A stretch of 64,000 bases of DNA. Origin: an uncultured Dehalococcoidaceae bacterium (GTDB lineage: Bacteria; Chloroflexota; Dehalococcoidia; UBA2979). Position 1 is the first letter of the stretch; every line of letters starts with the position of its first letter. This document shows positions 1-11,234 of the stretch, one piece after another. A model generated the notes under the pieces. It saw nothing but the letters and a program-made list of their open reading frames with translations. It was not told the origin of the DNA and ran no database searches. The translations under genes and the position numbers were made by a program. The DNA lies in assembly GCA_964565075.1 (NCBI GenBank), contig CAZMCK010000010.1, positions 299 through 64,298 of the forward strand, in the 5' to 3' direction.

Positions 1-318
1 GGTTGAAGCCCTCGCGCGGCAGCTCGGCGAGCACAGCGTCGCCGAAGCGGTCCGAGAAGTAGAGGATGATGTCGTCGCTGCCGCGCCCGGCGGCGAGTTG
101 CTCGCGGATCTCGCCGCGCATGTCCTCGCAGATCGTCAGCTCGCAATGGTCCAGGCGGACGTTGATGCAGCGCGGGCACATCAGCTGCCGCTCGATCTGG
201 AGCGCCTGCGCCTCGAAGTCCTGCGCCTCGGCCGCCCTTGGGGCGTCGAGGGGGTTCGCCGTCCAGATCGCGGCCAGCGCGACGGCCGCGGCAACAAGTG
301 CCCCGAGGGCCACGCCAC
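1..318 (-). CDS. ccmH: cytochrome c-type biogenesis protein CcmH/NrfF family (5' part; runs off window edge)
   Basis: Reverse-strand translation from ATG at 318-316 gives MRATRGVALGALVAAAVALAAIW...LMCPRCINVRLDHCELTICEDMRGEI..., with a signal/TM segment and the LxCxxC thiol motif typical of CcmH. It starts 16 nt downstream of the ccmF stop on the same strand. Confidence 0.55.
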
Positions 319-333
319 GCGTCGCGCGCATCG

Positions 334-2343
334 TCACGCCCTCCTCGCCGCGCCAGAGGGCGGCGCAGCCGGCGCCGGCACGCGCTCGCGGGCGGGCTGC
401 GGGGCGAACACCACGATCCCGCCGAGGACGTACACGCCCGCGCCGATCCAGAGCCAGGCCATGAGCGGGTTCACGAACGCGTTGATCTCGGCCACCCCGT
501 CCTCGTCCCAGCCCTGCAGGAACACGTAGAGGTCTTCGCGCCACCCGGTGTCCACGTCGACCATCGCCATCGGCTGCTCCGGGAAGTTGCGGAAGAAGCG
601 CCGCCCCGGCGCGAGCGTCCCGACGGCGTCACCGTCGCGTAGCACGGTCACCGACGCGAGCACCTCGGTCTCGATCCCGTTCGCCGTCCCCGCACGCTCG
701 CGCAGCCCCTCGAACGCCAGCGTGTAGCGCCCGACCTCGAACGACTCGCCCGGAGCGAGGATGCCGCGCGCCTGCGACTGGTACACGCTCGCCGAGACCG
801 CGGCGACGGCCATCAACGCGAGGCCGAGGTGCACGAGGTAGCCGCCGTAGCGGCGGCGGTCGCGCTCGAACAGCGACAGCAGCGCGGCCGGCCAGCCTCG
901 CCCGCTCGCAGCGCGGCGCCCGCGCGCGCCGATCACGAACTCGCGCAGCGTGACGTAGCCGAGCGCCGTCGAGGCGCTGGTCGCGGCGAGCGCGAAGCGG
1001 TCGTGCATGCCGAGCGCGGCGAGCACAGCCGCGCTGCCGGCGAGGACGGCGAGGGGGACGCGGAAGCGCCGCACCAGCGTCGCGCCCGCCGCGCGCCGCC
1101 ACGGCAGCACGGTGCCTACGGCGATGAGTGCGAGCAGCACGATCACGATCGGGCCGACGACGTCGTTGTAGAACGGCGCGGAGACGGTGATGCGCGAGCC
1201 TTCGACCAGCTCCGAGAAGACCGGGAACAGCGTCGCTCCGAGGATGACGAGCGCCAGGATGGTGAACAGGTAGTTGTTGACGATCAGCGAGCTCTCCCGC
1301 GAGGCCAGCGACTCGAAGTCGTGGTCGGCGCGGAGCCGGCCGCTGCGCCACCCGAGCAGCACGATCGACACGGCGAGCGTCGCGCCGAGGACTACGAGGA
1401 AGTACGGGCCGACGTCCGACAGCGCGAAGGCGTGCACCGACGCGACCAGGCCGCTGCGCACGTTGAACGTCCCGAACACCGCCAGCGCGAACGCGGCGAA
1501 GACGAGCGCGAGGTTCCAGAGCTTCAGCATCCCTCGGCGCTCCTGGACCATGACCGAGTGCACGAAGGCGGTCATCGGCAGGAGCGGCAGGATCGCCGAG
1601 TTCTCGACGGGGTCCCAGCCCCAGAAGCCGCCCCACCCGAGCGTGGTGTACGCCCACCACGCGCCGAGGATGTTGCCGACGCTGAGCAGCAGCCACGACC
1701 ACAGCGCCCACGGCCGCACCGCGCGGATCCATCGCCCGTCGATGCGCCCGGACAGCAGCGCTGCCGCGCCCAGCGCGAACGGCACGGCGGTGCTGACGAG
1801 CCCGGCGAGCATGAACGGCGGGTGCACCAGCATCGCCGGGTCGACGAGCAGCGGGTTGAGGCCCACGCCGTCGTCGGGCGTGACCGGGCTGACCTCGAAG
1901 GGCGATGCGAGGAAGACGGCCGGGACCAGGAACGCGGCGAGGACCGCGCCGCTCGCCGCCGTCGCGTGCGCGGCCCCCCACGGGATGCGCGGCACGGTGA
2001 CGAGCGCGAATGCGCCCAGCATGAGCGAGAGCAGCCAGGTCCAGAACAGCAGCGAGCCGGGCTGCCCGCTGTAGAGCGCCGCCCACTTCATGTGCGGCAG
2101 CATGTCGCGCGACGACACCGCCACGACGTGGGCGATCGAGAAGTCGTCGGTCAGCAGCGCGTAGGCGACGAGGCCGATGGCCAGCGTCGTCAGCGCCGCG
2201 GTCACCACGATCGCGCGCCGCGCCGCCGCGATCAGCGGCGGGCGCGCCAGCCGCTGGCCGATCACGGACGCGCCCACCGCGAACAGCGACGCGGCGAGCG
2301 CCGTCAGCAGCGCCGAGGCGCCGAGCGTGGCGACGAGGTTCAT
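334..2343 (-). CDS. ccmF: cytochrome c-type biogenesis heme lyase CcmF
   Basis: 669-aa polytopic membrane protein with the W-rich WGGFWGWDPVEN heme-handling motif and conserved His residues. The full length matches the CcmF/NrfE family. Confidence 0.9.
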   Translation of the reverse strand: MNLVATLGASALLTALAASLFAVGASVIGQRLARPPLIAAARRAIVVTAALTTLAIGLVAYALLTDDFSIAHVVAVSSRDMLPHMKWAALYSGQPGSLLFWTWLLSLMLGAFALVTVPRIPWGAAHATAASGAVLAAFLVPAVFLASPFEVSPVTPDDGVGLNPLLVDPAMLVHPPFMLAGLVSTAVPFALGAAALLSGRIDGRWIRAVRPWALWSWLLLSVGNILGAWWAYTTLGWGGFWGWDPVENSAILPLLPMTAFVHSVMVQERRGMLKLWNLALVFAAFALAVFGTFNVRSGLVASVHAFALSDVGPYFLVVLGATLAVSIVLLGWRSGRLRADHDFESLASRESSLIVNNYLFTILALVILGATLFPVFSELVEGSRITVSAPFYNDVVGPIVIVLLALIAVGTVLPWRRAAGATLVRRFRVPLAVLAGSAAVLAALGMHDRFALAATSASTALGYVTLREFVIGARGRRAASGRGWPAALLSLFERDRRRYGGYLVHLGLALMAVAAVSASVYQSQARGILAPGESFEVGRYTLAFEGLRERAGTANGIETEVLASVTVLRDGDAVGTLAPGRRFFRNFPEQPMAMVDVDTGWREDLYVFLQGWDEDGVAEINAFVNPLMAWLWIGAGVYVLGGIVVFAPQPARERVPAPAAPPSGAARRA

Positions 2344-2834
2344 TGACCCTCGGAAGACTTGTCGGAGGGCTGGTCAGTCGACTTGGGCGCGGCGATCGAG
2401 GCGTCTTCGGGGTCCGTCACGAACTCCGGCTCGTGGCGCACGATCACGCTCGACGCGGTGAGCCGCCCCGCGTCGTCCGCCACACCCTCGACCACGACGA
2501 ACGCGCGCGGCGTGAAGAGGTCCGGGATCGCCACGCCGGAGTCGGCGATGACGATGTCCATGCGGTCGCCCTGCTCACCCTCGACCACCCACGCGATGGG
2601 ACTGCCGCGCGCGTCCTCCACGATCGAGCCGTCGACGACGCGCCCGCCGACGCGCCAGCGGCGGCCCTCGGGGTCGATCTCCTGCGCGAACTCCTCGGGC
2701 GTGACGTAGTAGGACAGCGAGGAGTCGGCGGCCTGCACGGCAAGGACGCCGATCACGACCGTCGCGAGGGCGAGCACGGCGACCAGCCGTGCGCGCGTGC
2801 TGCCGAGCGTGCGCGCAAGCGCTGCGCGGTTCAT
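2340..2834 (-). CDS. ccmE: cytochrome c-type biogenesis heme chaperone CcmE
   Basis: Single N-terminal TM segment, a YYVTPEEF motif, an R.GGRVV motif and an AIPDLF...VVVEG...H block aligning with E. coli CcmE, including the heme-binding His. The gene overlaps ccmF by 4 nt. Confidence 0.85.
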   Translation of the reverse strand: MNRAALARTLGSTRARLVAVLALATVVIGVLAVQAADSSLSYYVTPEEFAQEIDPEGRRWRVGGRVVDGSIVEDARGSPIAWVVEGEQGDRMDIVIADSGVAIPDLFTPRAFVVVEGVADDAGRLTASSVIVRHEPEFVTDPEDASIAAPKSTDQPSDKSSEGQ

Positions 2835-3388
2835 GAGACGGGCCGGATGTCTTCGAGCATGTCGCGGAAGTCCTGCTCGCGGAGCTCGCCGATGTACTTG
2901 CGCGCCACCTCGAGGCCCGGCCGGAGGAAGTAGGCCTCGGGGACGCCGTTCACGCCGAAATCAAAATACACGTCCCCGTCGCCGTCGATCAGCAACGGGA
3001 ACGTCAGCCCGTAGGCATCGACGAACTGCCGCGCCCCTCGATCGCTGTCGAGGATGTTGATGCCGATGAACGTGTAGCCCTGCGGCTCGTACTCGGCCCA
3101 GAGCCGCTCGATCAGCGGCGCCTCGCTCGCGCACGGCGCGCACCACGACGCCCAGAAGTACACGAACACGGGCCCGTCGGCGTAGTCGGCGATGGCGACG
3201 GAGTCGCCGTCGAAGGTGGGGAGGGTGAACTCGCGGACGCGCTCGAAGCCGGGATCCACGTCGCCGAGGCGTTCCCGGCCGACATCGCGCGTCATCGCCA
3301 CGACGAGCACCGCGAGGAGGGCGAGGAGGGCGGCGCCGGTGGCGACGACGAGCAGACGACCCCGGATGACGTTGAGGATGGTTGCCAT
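2831..3388 (-). CDS. ccmG: thiol:disulfide interchange protein CcmG/DsbE (thioredoxin-like, periplasmic)
   Basis: N-terminal TM anchor plus a thioredoxin fold with a WASWCAPC active site. It overlaps ccmE by 4 nt, placing it in one operon with ccmE-ccmF-ccmH. Confidence 0.85.
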   Translation of the reverse strand: MATILNVIRGRLLVVATGAALLALLAVLVVAMTRDVGRERLGDVDPGFERVREFTLPTFDGDSVAIADYADGPVFVYFWASWCAPCASEAPLIERLWAEYEPQGYTFIGINILDSDRGARQFVDAYGLTFPLLIDGDGDVYFDFGVNGVPEAYFLRPGLEVARKYIGELREQDFRDMLEDIRPVS

Positions 3389-3600
3389 AAGCCGTCGTCG
3401 AGGCTAGCCGCCGCAGGTGCGGCGATCAACGATCGAGGCGGTCCGAGGGTCTCGGATCCGCTGTTCGGGGGGCCTGCGGCCTTGACCACTGATCGGCCCG
3501 GTGATAATCGTACCGGGGCGCAGGGCGACTGCGCTGTGCGGAGCACGCACTCGGGCGCTACGATGTCGGGGCGCACGAGTTTGAGGGGACGCGTGCCCGA

Positions 3601-4686
3601 GTGACCGAGGAGGCCCTGTTGCGCATCTCCCAACGTTGGGCGCGTCGGCTGCTGATCCTCGGACCGGCAGCGCTGTTCATCCTGCTGTCGGCCTGTTCCG
3701 ACCCACAGACCACGATCGAGCCGAAGTCTGACTTCACGGAGGCCATCCAGGGCGTCTACGAGATCGTCTTCTGGCTCTCCATGTTCGTCTTCGTCGCGAT
3801 CATGCTGCTCACGCTCTGGCTCGCCGTGCACTACCGCGAGCGCCCCGGGCGCGAGGCGATCCAGATCCACGGCCACCAGCGCCTCGAGATCCTGTGGACC
3901 ATCATCCCCGTGGCGATCGTGCTCGTCATGCTCGTCCCCACCTGGCAGGTCATCGCCGACACCACGGACTCCCCGCCCGAGGGCTCCATGGTGGTCGAGG
4001 CGACCGGCAAGCAGTGGTGGTTCGAGTTCAAGTACCCCGGGCTCGGCATTACCACCGCCAACGAGATGCACGTCCAGGCCGGCAAGCCCGTCCACGTCAA
4101 GCTCTACTCCGACGACGTCATCCACTCGTTCTGGATCCCGCAGCTCGCCGGCAAGGTCGACATGGTGCCGGGCCACGAGAACGACCTGTGGTTCACGCCC
4201 TTCGAGGACTCCGCGCGCGACGAGGCCTACCTCGGCCAGTGCGTCGAGTTCTGCGGCGCCTCGCACGCCAACATGCGGTTCCGCGTCTTCGTCCACGACG
4301 AGGCGGGCTTCAACGCCTGGGTGGAGAACGAACTCTCCGACGCGGTGGAGCCCACCACGGAGCTGGGCAAGCTGGGCGCGACGCTGTTCGTCGTGCGGTG
4401 CGCCGAGTGCCACACCGTCCGCGGCACGGCCGCCAGCATCGCCGACTTCGGCCCGGACCTCACGCACATCGCCAGCCGCACGACCATCGCGGCGGGTATC
4501 CTCGACAACAACTTCGAGAACCTCGTGGAGTGGATCAGCAACCCCGCAGAGATCAAGCCGGGCATCAATCCCGAGAACGACATCTCCGACAAGGATCCGC
4601 CGTTGCGGTTCATGCGGGCGTTCGAGGATGAGATCTCGGCCGAGGACATCCAGGCTATCGCCCAGTACCTGACCGAACTGAAGTAG
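3601..4686 (+). CDS. ctaC: cytochrome c oxidase subunit II with fused C-terminal cytochrome c domain (caa3-type)
   Basis: Lipoprotein-like signal (LLSAC), two TM helices, the CuA site HSFWIP...CVEFCGASHANM, and a C-terminal CAECH heme c motif. GTG start. Confidence 0.9.
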   Translation: MTEEALLRISQRWARRLLILGPAALFILLSACSDPQTTIEPKSDFTEAIQGVYEIVFWLSMFVFVAIMLLTLWLAVHYRERPGREAIQIHGHQRLEILWTIIPVAIVLVMLVPTWQVIADTTDSPPEGSMVVEATGKQWWFEFKYPGLGITTANEMHVQAGKPVHVKLYSDDVIHSFWIPQLAGKVDMVPGHENDLWFTPFEDSARDEAYLGQCVEFCGASHANMRFRVFVHDEAGFNAWVENELSDAVEPTTELGKLGATLFVVRCAECHTVRGTAASIADFGPDLTHIASRTTIAAGILDNNFENLVEWISNPAEIKPGINPENDISDKDPPLRFMRAFEDEISAEDIQAIAQYLTELK

Positions 4687-4724
4687 CAGCGAGCTACCCA
4701 GCGGCCTAGCGGAAGGCACCGAAG

Positions 4725-6524
<1,800 letters not shown>

Positions 6525-6542
6525 AACCGGGACGGATCACTC

Positions 6543-7250
6543 GTGGCAGCAGCAGGACACGTAGAGCACCACACCACCACCGGCATCGACAGCCGGAAGC
6601 TCCTGATGTGGATCTTCCTCGGCTCGGAGTGCCTGTTCTTCGGCTCGCTGATCGCGACCTACCTGATCTTCAAGGGCGGGATCGACCTCCCGCCCTTCCC
6701 CAGCGAGACCTTCGTCGAGACCGCGTACCTCGAGGAGGCCCTGGCCAGCGGCGAGATCACCGAGGTGCAGTCCCACCTCTGCCACGCCAGCGACGAGGCC
6801 GGCATCTCGGTCTGTGAAGGCATCTTCGACATCCCGCTGACCTCGCAGAGCACGTTCGTCCTGCTGATGAGCAGTGTCGCGATGGTGCTTGCGGTCTACG
6901 GAGCACAACACAACCGGCCGATGATGATGAAGTCCTGGCTGCTCGCGACGATGGTCCTCGGCCTGATCTTCCTCGGCTACCAGGTCTACGAGTTCCGCAC
7001 GTTCGGGCAGGAGGGACTGACGCTCGAAACGAGCCAGTTCGGAGCGTCCTTCTTCGTGCTCACGGGATTCCACGGCACCCACGTCGCCGTGGGCGTGCTG
7101 ATCCTCGGCTCGCTCCTGCTCGCCTCGTTCCGCCGGCGCGGGCTGGGCTCGGAGCCGGGCTTCCACGTGGAGACCGCGGGCCTCTACTGGCACTTCGTCG
7201 ACATCGTCTGGATCGTGATCTTCACGGTCCTGTACCTCATCCCGGCGTAG
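6543..7250 (+). CDS. ctaE: cytochrome c oxidase subunit III (with ~45-aa Cys/His-containing loop insertion)
   Basis: Conserved COX3 blocks are present: LFFGSLIATY, LLMSSV, LGLIFLGYQVYEF, FFVLTGFHGTHV and LYWHFVDIVW. There is an extra segment SETFVETAYLEEALASGEITEVQSHLCHASDEAGISVCEGIF between helices 1 and 2. Confidence 0.85.
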   Translation: MAAAGHVEHHTTTGIDSRKLLMWIFLGSECLFFGSLIATYLIFKGGIDLPPFPSETFVETAYLEEALASGEITEVQSHLCHASDEAGISVCEGIFDIPLTSQSTFVLLMSSVAMVLAVYGAQHNRPMMMKSWLLATMVLGLIFLGYQVYEFRTFGQEGLTLETSQFGASFFVLTGFHGTHVAVGVLILGSLLLASFRRRGLGSEPGFHVETAGLYWHFVDIVWIVIFTVLYLIPA

Positions 7251-7278
7251 GCGCGGCGAGCAGGGACGGGAGCGCGCG

Positions 7279-7599
7279 ATGAGCATGCACAACGACCACG
7301 GCGTCGAGGAGGAACATGGCCTCCAGCCGATGCAGTACGTCTGGATCGGCCTGCTCCTGACGATCATCACCATCGTCGAGCTCGGGGCCTCCCTGTGGGT
7401 GGACCTCGGTAACCTGCTGATCCCGGTGCTGATCGTCCTGTCCGCCGTGAAGTTCGTGATTGTCGTCGCGTACTACATGCACCTGCGGTTCGAGCACCGG
7501 CTGCTGAGCCAGGTCTTTACTGGCTCGTTCGTCCTCGCTGCCGGCGTGCTCATCGCACTCATCGCGCTGTTCTGGACGGACATCACCAGCCTCATCTAA
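7279..7599 (+). CDS. ctaF: cytochrome c oxidase subunit IV (prokaryotic caa3-type small subunit)
   Basis: 106 aa with three predicted TM helices, sitting immediately after ctaE in the oxidase operon. Its size and hydropathy fit the bacterial cox subunit IV family. Confidence 0.65.
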   Translation: MSMHNDHGVEEEHGLQPMQYVWIGLLLTIITIVELGASLWVDLGNLLIPVLIVLSAVKFVIVVAYYMHLRFEHRLLSQVFTGSFVLAAGVLIALIALFWTDITSLI

Positions 7600-7636
7600 C
7601 GAGCCCTGCCCCACGCGGGGCGGCTCACCAACACCC

Positions 7637-7658
7637 GAGGCCCGCGGAAGCGGGCCTC
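7637..7658. terminator. GC-rich hairpin between convergent ctaF and ctaG (possible bidirectional terminator)
   Basis: Perfect 9-bp inverted repeat GAGGCCCGC-ggaa-GCGGGCCTC in the 250-bp convergent intergenic region. There is no strong U-tract, which is common in high-GC genomes. Confidence 0.4.
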
Positions 7659-7851
7659 CTTGCTGCGTCGAGCGCTGTGTCGAGGAGTCGGCGGTTCCGG
7701 TGCGGCGCCTGAGCTCGACCGCCTGACGGGCCACGCCGCCCGTCTCGCGAGGCGAAGGGGCCATCGAGACGCCAGCCGGCCCGTGCCGCCACCGCCTGGC
7801 CGCGATCGCAGCGGCCCCGCGCCTGTGGCTCCGACCTGGCGACAGGACGTG

Positions 7852-8760
7852 CTAGCCGGTGGAGCCCGGTGACGCCGCCTGGGCGGCGCGCGCCGCGAGT
7901 CGCGCCTCGTCCTCGACGCGCTGGCGCTCCTCGGACTTCTGCGCCCACACCGCGAACACCACGCCGAGGGCGAGCAGGAACATCATCTGGCTCGGCACCC
8001 ACATCAGCAGGCCGCCCAGCTCCTGGTCCTCGAGCGGCGTGAGGTTGAGCAGCGGCTCGACGTCGAACCAGAACTCGTAGAGCGGCTCCTCGGCGAAGAC
8101 GATGATCGCGCCCAGGAACGACTTCGGCGTGCTCGCCACCACGAGGAACCCCATCTGCCCCACGTAGCCGAGCCGCGAGCGCAGCGGCTTCGGGTCGATG
8201 ACGTTCCACCAGATCAGCACGCCGATGAGCATGAACGAGAAGTGCTGGACGTCATGGACGAAGTCGTCGCGGATGGCGGCGTCGTACCAGCCGGGCGAGA
8301 AGTGCCAGAGGCCGAGCACGGCGGTGAACGTCGCCAGCGCGACCACCGGGTGCGTGACGAGGCGGTAGAGGATGTACGTCGCGCGCAGGCGCACCACGGG
8401 CCGCACGACGCGACGGCGCACGACGCGCGGGATGCCTCGCAGCACGGGGGTGGTCGGCGCGCCCAGCAGGATCAGCGGCGCGACGAACATCATCATGATC
8501 TCGTGCTGGATCATGTGCATCGAGAAGTGGTGCTCGGCCGCGGCGTCCAGGGGCGACTCGACACTCGCGAGGAGCAGGAGCATGCCGGCCAGGTAGCTGG
8601 CGGTGCGCCAGTGTGGGTGCTCGCGGCTGCGGTTGCGCCACACGCGCAGGCCGCGCAGGTAGAGGCCCGTGAGCAGCAGGACGGGGATGACCAACTCGGG
8701 GTCGAAGTTCCAGCGCTCCCAGACGCTCTGCCCGGCGTGGACGCCCTCGTGCGCGACCAC
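7852..8760 (-). CDS. ctaG: cytochrome c oxidase assembly factor CtaG (Caa3-type)
   Basis: Polytopic membrane protein (WERWNFDPELVIPVLLLTGLYL..., HHFSMHMIQHE, WHFSPGWYD) resembling Bacillus CtaG, which is about 300 aa. The track ORF extends to 9018, but the conserved N-terminus begins at the GTG at 8760, and the upstream 86 codons are non-conserved. Confidence 0.7.
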   Translation of the reverse strand: MVAHEGVHAGQSVWERWNFDPELVIPVLLLTGLYLRGLRVWRNRSREHPHWRTASYLAGMLLLLASVESPLDAAAEHHFSMHMIQHEIMMMFVAPLILLGAPTTPVLRGIPRVVRRRVVRPVVRLRATYILYRLVTHPVVALATFTAVLGLWHFSPGWYDAAIRDDFVHDVQHFSFMLIGVLIWWNVIDPKPLRSRLGYVGQMGFLVVASTPKSFLGAIIVFAEEPLYEFWFDVEPLLNLTPLEDQELGGLLMWVPSQMMFLLALGVVFAVWAQKSEERQRVEDEARLAARAAQAASPGSTG

Positions 8761-9011
8761 CGAGGCATCGAGGAGCCGCCCGGTCACGTCGATCTGCACG
8801 CCCGCATCCGCCTCTCGCGCGGCCCGCCCCTGGGCTCGGCCGCCGCACGCTACGAGGATAACGCGTGCCGTTCCGAGGGTCGCCGGAGGCCACGCGGCGC
8901 CCGCCGGGGTAACGTCGGCGCGAGCCGAGCACAGCCTGCTAGGATGCGAAGCGCGGAGGCCTCGATCCACAAGACCCGGCGTGGCGAGCTGGATCGGGGG
9001 CAGTTCTGACC

Positions 9012-9182
9012 ATGCCACCGTGGGAACTACAGGCCCTCGAGTACATCCTCGGCGCCGTGCTGCTCGGGCTCGCGCTCGTGGTCTCTACGGACGCCGAGCC
9101 CCTCTGTGGCGCCTACCCCGACGCCTTTCGTCGGGATACGACCTTCGGCCCCGTCGAGGTATGCGTGAATGACGATAGGCGC
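9012..9182 (+). CDS. candidate small membrane protein (56 aa), unannotated in ORF track
   Basis: ATG ORF MPPWELQALEYILGAVLLGLALVVSTDAEPLCGAYPDAFRRDTTFGPVEVCVNDDRR with one clear TM helix and third-position GC around 80%. It lies in a 725-bp gap between ctaG and nadE, and a G-rich stretch sits 10-16 nt upstream. Confidence 0.25.
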
Positions 9183-9485
9183 TAGAGGGGCTCGACCAGG
9201 CTCCGACGACCGGCCCCTGCACGAGGGTCGTACTCGGCCGACGAACCCTGCGACGTAGCGGTGCGCGTGCTTCGCCGTGCCGGCTGCCACGGCGACGTAT
9301 TGCGATTCGTGCTCGCCCCAGGTGCAGCTTCGCGTCGGTGCGGCGATTCTGAGTAACAGGCGCTATCCGGGGTCCGACAACTTCTGAGGAACATCGCGGC
9401 GTTGCGGTCGCGCGAGGGCATCGCGTACGATCGGCGCTGCCGACTTCGCGTACCTGGTACGCTTTCTCGGCGGGACGGAGCCACG

Positions 9486-11204
9486 ATGCGGCACCTGCGG
9501 GTGGGACTCGCCCAGGTCAACACCACCGTCGGCGACTTCGGCGGCAACTGCTCGCGCATTCTCGACGCCGCGCGCCGGGCCGCAGCGCTCGACGCCGACG
9601 TGGTCGCGTTCCCCGAGCTGGCGGTGACCGGCTACCCGCCCGAGGATCTGCTGCTGCGGGCGCCGTTCATCGACGAGGCCGAGGCCGCGCTCGCCGCACT
9701 CGCGCGCGACGCAGAGGGACTCCCGCCGCTCGTCGTGGGCTGCGTGGAGTTCGACGGCGTGCTCTACAACGGCGCCGCCATCGTCCACGGGGGCGCGGTC
9801 GTCGCGCGCTACCGCAAGCACCGCCTCCCCAACTACGGCGTCTTCGACGAGGAGCGCTACTTCCAGCCCGGCCACGAGACGCCGCGGTTCATCATCGGTG
9901 GCGTCGAGGTGGCCGTGACCATCTGCGAGGACATCTGGTACGCCGACGGCCCCGCCCACGACGCCGCGCTCGACGGCGCCGAGGTGATCGTGAACATCAA
10001 CGCCTCGCCGTTCCACGCCGGCAAGACGCGCGAGCGCGAGCGTATGCTCGCCACCCGCGCCACCGACGACCACATCGCGATCGCGTACGTGAACCAGGTG
10101 GGCGGGCAGGACGAGCTAGTCTTCGACGGCAACTCGCTGGTGATCGACGCGCGCGGCGCGGTGCTCGCCCGCGGCGCCTCGATGCGCGAGGACCTCGTGG
10201 TGGCCGACATCCCCGTCGACGAGGTCCGGCAGGTGCGCCTCCACGAGTCGCGGCTGCGCCGCGAGCGCCACGCCGCCGAGCCGGCAGCCTCCCTGCACAT
10301 CACCGCCGCCACCGACGTTGCCCGCGAGCCCGCGCCCCCGACGGACCTCGACCCGCCCGACGCGCTCGCCGAGACGTACGATGCGCTGGTGGTAGGCACG
10401 CGCGACTACATGCACAAGACGGGCTTCGCGGACACGATCGTCGCGCTCTCCGGCGGCATCGACTCCTCGCTCGTCGCGGCCATCGCCGTCGACGCGCTCG
10501 GGCCGGAGCACGTGCGGGGCGTCTCGCTGCCGTCGCGCTACTCCTCGGAGGGCTCAATCGCCGATGCGCAGGACCTCGCCGACCGGCTCGGCATCGAGAT
10601 GATCACGATGCCGATCGAGGCGCTGCACCAGGCTGCCCTCGACACCCTCGCGCGGTCGTTCGAGGGGACGGCCGAGGGCACGGCGGAGGAGAATCTGCAG
10701 TCGCGGCTGCGCGGGATGCTGGTGATGGCGCTGTCCAACAAGTTCAACACGCTGGTCTTCACCACCGGCAACAAGTCCGAGTACGCCTGCGGCTACGCCA
10801 CCCTCTACGGCGACATGGCCGGCGGCTTCGCCGTCATCAAGGACGTGCCGAAGACCCTCGCCTACGCGCTCTCGCGCCACCGCAACACGCGCGGCGAGGT
10901 GATCCCGCAGGCCGTCATCGACAAGCCGCCCTCCGCCGAGCTGCGCCCCGACCAGCTCGACACCGACTCGCTGCCGCCCTACGAGGTCCTCGACCCGATC
11001 ATCGAGGCGTACGTCGAGGAGGACGCGGGCTTCGAGGAGATCGTGGCGCGAGGCTACGAGCCGGCGATCGTGCGGCGCGTGATCGACCTCATCAACCGCA
11101 ACGAGTACAAGCGCCGCCAGTCGCCGCCGGGCGTGAAGATCACGCCTCGCGCCTTCGGCCGCGACCGGCGCTACCCGCTTGCATCGAGGTACGTCGGGCA
11201 CTGA
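9486..11204 (+). CDS. nadE: glutamine-dependent NAD+ synthetase (N-terminal nitrilase/CN-hydrolase domain + NAD synthetase domain)
   Basis: MRHLRVGLAQVN...FPELAVTGYPPEDL is the CN-hydrolase domain with catalytic E/K/C (VTICEDIWY). SGGIDSS is the ATP-PPase motif of the synthetase domain. The track ORF starts 28 codons upstream at TTG; the internal ATG gives the conserved N-terminus. Confidence 0.9.
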   Translation: MRHLRVGLAQVNTTVGDFGGNCSRILDAARRAAALDADVVAFPELAVTGYPPEDLLLRAPFIDEAEAALAALARDAEGLPPLVVGCVEFDGVLYNGAAIVHGGAVVARYRKHRLPNYGVFDEERYFQPGHETPRFIIGGVEVAVTICEDIWYADGPAHDAALDGAEVIVNINASPFHAGKTRERERMLATRATDDHIAIAYVNQVGGQDELVFDGNSLVIDARGAVLARGASMREDLVVADIPVDEVRQVRLHESRLRRERHAAEPAASLHITAATDVAREPAPPTDLDPPDALAETYDALVVGTRDYMHKTGFADTIVALSGGIDSSLVAAIAVDALGPEHVRGVSLPSRYSSEGSIADAQDLADRLGIEMITMPIEALHQAALDTLARSFEGTAEGTAEENLQSRLRGMLVMALSNKFNTLVFTTGNKSEYACGYATLYGDMAGGFAVIKDVPKTLAYALSRHRNTRGEVIPQAVIDKPPSAELRPDQLDTDSLPPYEVLDPIIEAYVEEDAGFEEIVARGYEPAIVRRVIDLINRNEYKRRQSPPGVKITPRAFGRDRRYPLASRYVGH

Positions 11205-11234
11205 CGCGGCGGGCGAGGGCTCTCGCGCTCGCGC

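Noticed and set aside
629-2346. Long ORFs (485 aa on the minus strand, 505 aa on the plus strand) overlapping ccmF in other frames
   Set aside because: Arg/Ala/Pro/Gly-rich low-complexity translations typical of off-frame reading in ~70% GC DNA. ccmF in the third frame has clear family motifs.
9027-9290. 87-aa minus-strand ORF in the ctaG-nadE gap
   Set aside because: No motif. It is antisense to the better-supported small TM ORF and is typical GC-artefact composition.
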